From: a virus
IMG/VR virus record: IMGVR_UViG_3300017783_000006
Location: 14,805-78,804 of that record
DNA length: 64,000 bases
Direction: 5' to 3' (one strand)
This document shows, piece by piece, positions 63,245-64,000 of the stretch. The position numbers and the translations under genes were made by a program. Each line of letters begins with the position of its first letter. The stretch's first letter is position 1. The notes beneath the pieces were generated by a model. It ran no database searches, was not told the origin of the DNA, and saw only the letters and a program-made list of their open reading frames with translations.

Positions 63245-63493
63245 TTAAGAGTTAGTTTGCAATGATGTCATTGTATCATGAAGTTCTCCAATGTCTAGGA
63301 GACCTTCGGCACTGAACCATGGAGCATTTGCCCAACTGAATCCTTCACCGAAAGTATTATCTGGTGCAGTAATGTACCAATGACATGCTGTGTCTGGTAC
63401 ATCAACCGCACACTTAGACCAATCATCCTGCCACTGTGGGACTTGCACCTTCATCACCGCAGCAAATATAAAACTAAACAGTGATTTAATCAT
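63245..63493 (-). CDS. Hypothetical protein with signal-like N-terminus
   Basis: 82-aa ORF in operon. Confidence 0.65.
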   Translation of the reverse strand: MIKSLFSFIFAAVMKVQVPQWQDDWSKCAVDVPDTACHWYITAPDNTFGEGFSWANAPWFSAEGLLDIGELHDTMTSLQTNS

Positions 63494-63884
63494 TTGTAAG
63501 TTTCCGTTTTATGAGATGGTCTATTGAGAACATACCTGGACCACTGAGAACGATACATGCTGCACCTCCCCAGTAAAGAACTAAAAGTTCCAACAAGTAA
63601 ATGTTAAATCCAGATGTAAATAGAGCATGATAAATTGCGAATGATATTGTGCCTAAGATTGCTAAGGCACCCAGACGAGTGCCGAGTCCACAGATAACCA
63701 TCCAACTCCCCACAATCTCAGCAAATGCTGCAAAGTATGAGGAGACGATTGGAAATGGAAGATGCAATGGTCTTACAAATGCATCCGCAAAGTTTTCAAT
63801 GTTCTCTAGTTTCTCATAACCATGATGAATAAGCATAGTGCCTATTGCTATACGAAGTAGTAAGAATCCTAGAGATTGAATCAC
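63486..63884 (-). CDS. DoxX family membrane protein
   Basis: LLRI..G..LI.HG..K, AE..G......GL.TR, GPG..SID. Confidence 0.88.
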   Translation of the reverse strand: MIQSLGFLLLRIAIGTMLIHHGYEKLENIENFADAFVRPLHLPFPIVSSYFAAFAEIVGSWMVICGLGTRLGALAILGTISFAIYHALFTSGFNIYLLELLVLYWGGAACIVLSGPGMFSIDHLIKRKLTND

Positions 63885-64000
63885 AATGCGTTACCTCTTG
63901 GTAGAACTTCTTCTGGGAATACGAATGACTCGTGTGGTTGGTCAACTGGTGCTAACCATGCACGAAGTCCTTCATTCAGAAGAATGTTTTTTGTATAGAA
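63881..64000 (-). CDS. psbD: Photosystem II D2 protein, 3' end (partial)
   Basis: Translates to [39 protein letters not shown]. Confidence 0.97.
   Translation of the reverse strand, partial: FYTKNILLNEGLRAWLAPVDQPHESFVFPEEVLPRGNAL

Overview
This is a 64-kb segment of a T4-like marine cyanophage (cyanomyovirus, Kyanoviridae-type), almost all on the minus strand. It has four parts. (i) An accessory/early region at 1-14.7 kb with talC, a DenV-like glycosylase, purS, a MoxR/CobS-like AAA ATPase with its vWA partner, and many small ORFs. (ii) A tail-fibre/baseplate block at 14.7-51.4 kb with a 2812-aa fibre ending in about 26 HxH motifs, gp5, gp26, gp51, gp54-like, gp4, gp2, gp48, a split gp53, two murein-hydrolase-bearing virion proteins, cp12 and tRNA-Thr(UGU). 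(iii) The gp32-gp59-gp33-exonuclease-phoH-thyX block. (iv) An auxiliary region ending in the 3' end of psbD. The most striking unexplained structure is at 57.09-57.77 kb: two interlocked glutamine-riboswitch-like aptamer cores, each with a complete small paralogous ORF in its P2 stem-loop, upstream of a DUF4278/GifB-like peptide gene. All calls come from reading the sequence and motif recall. No database searches were run.
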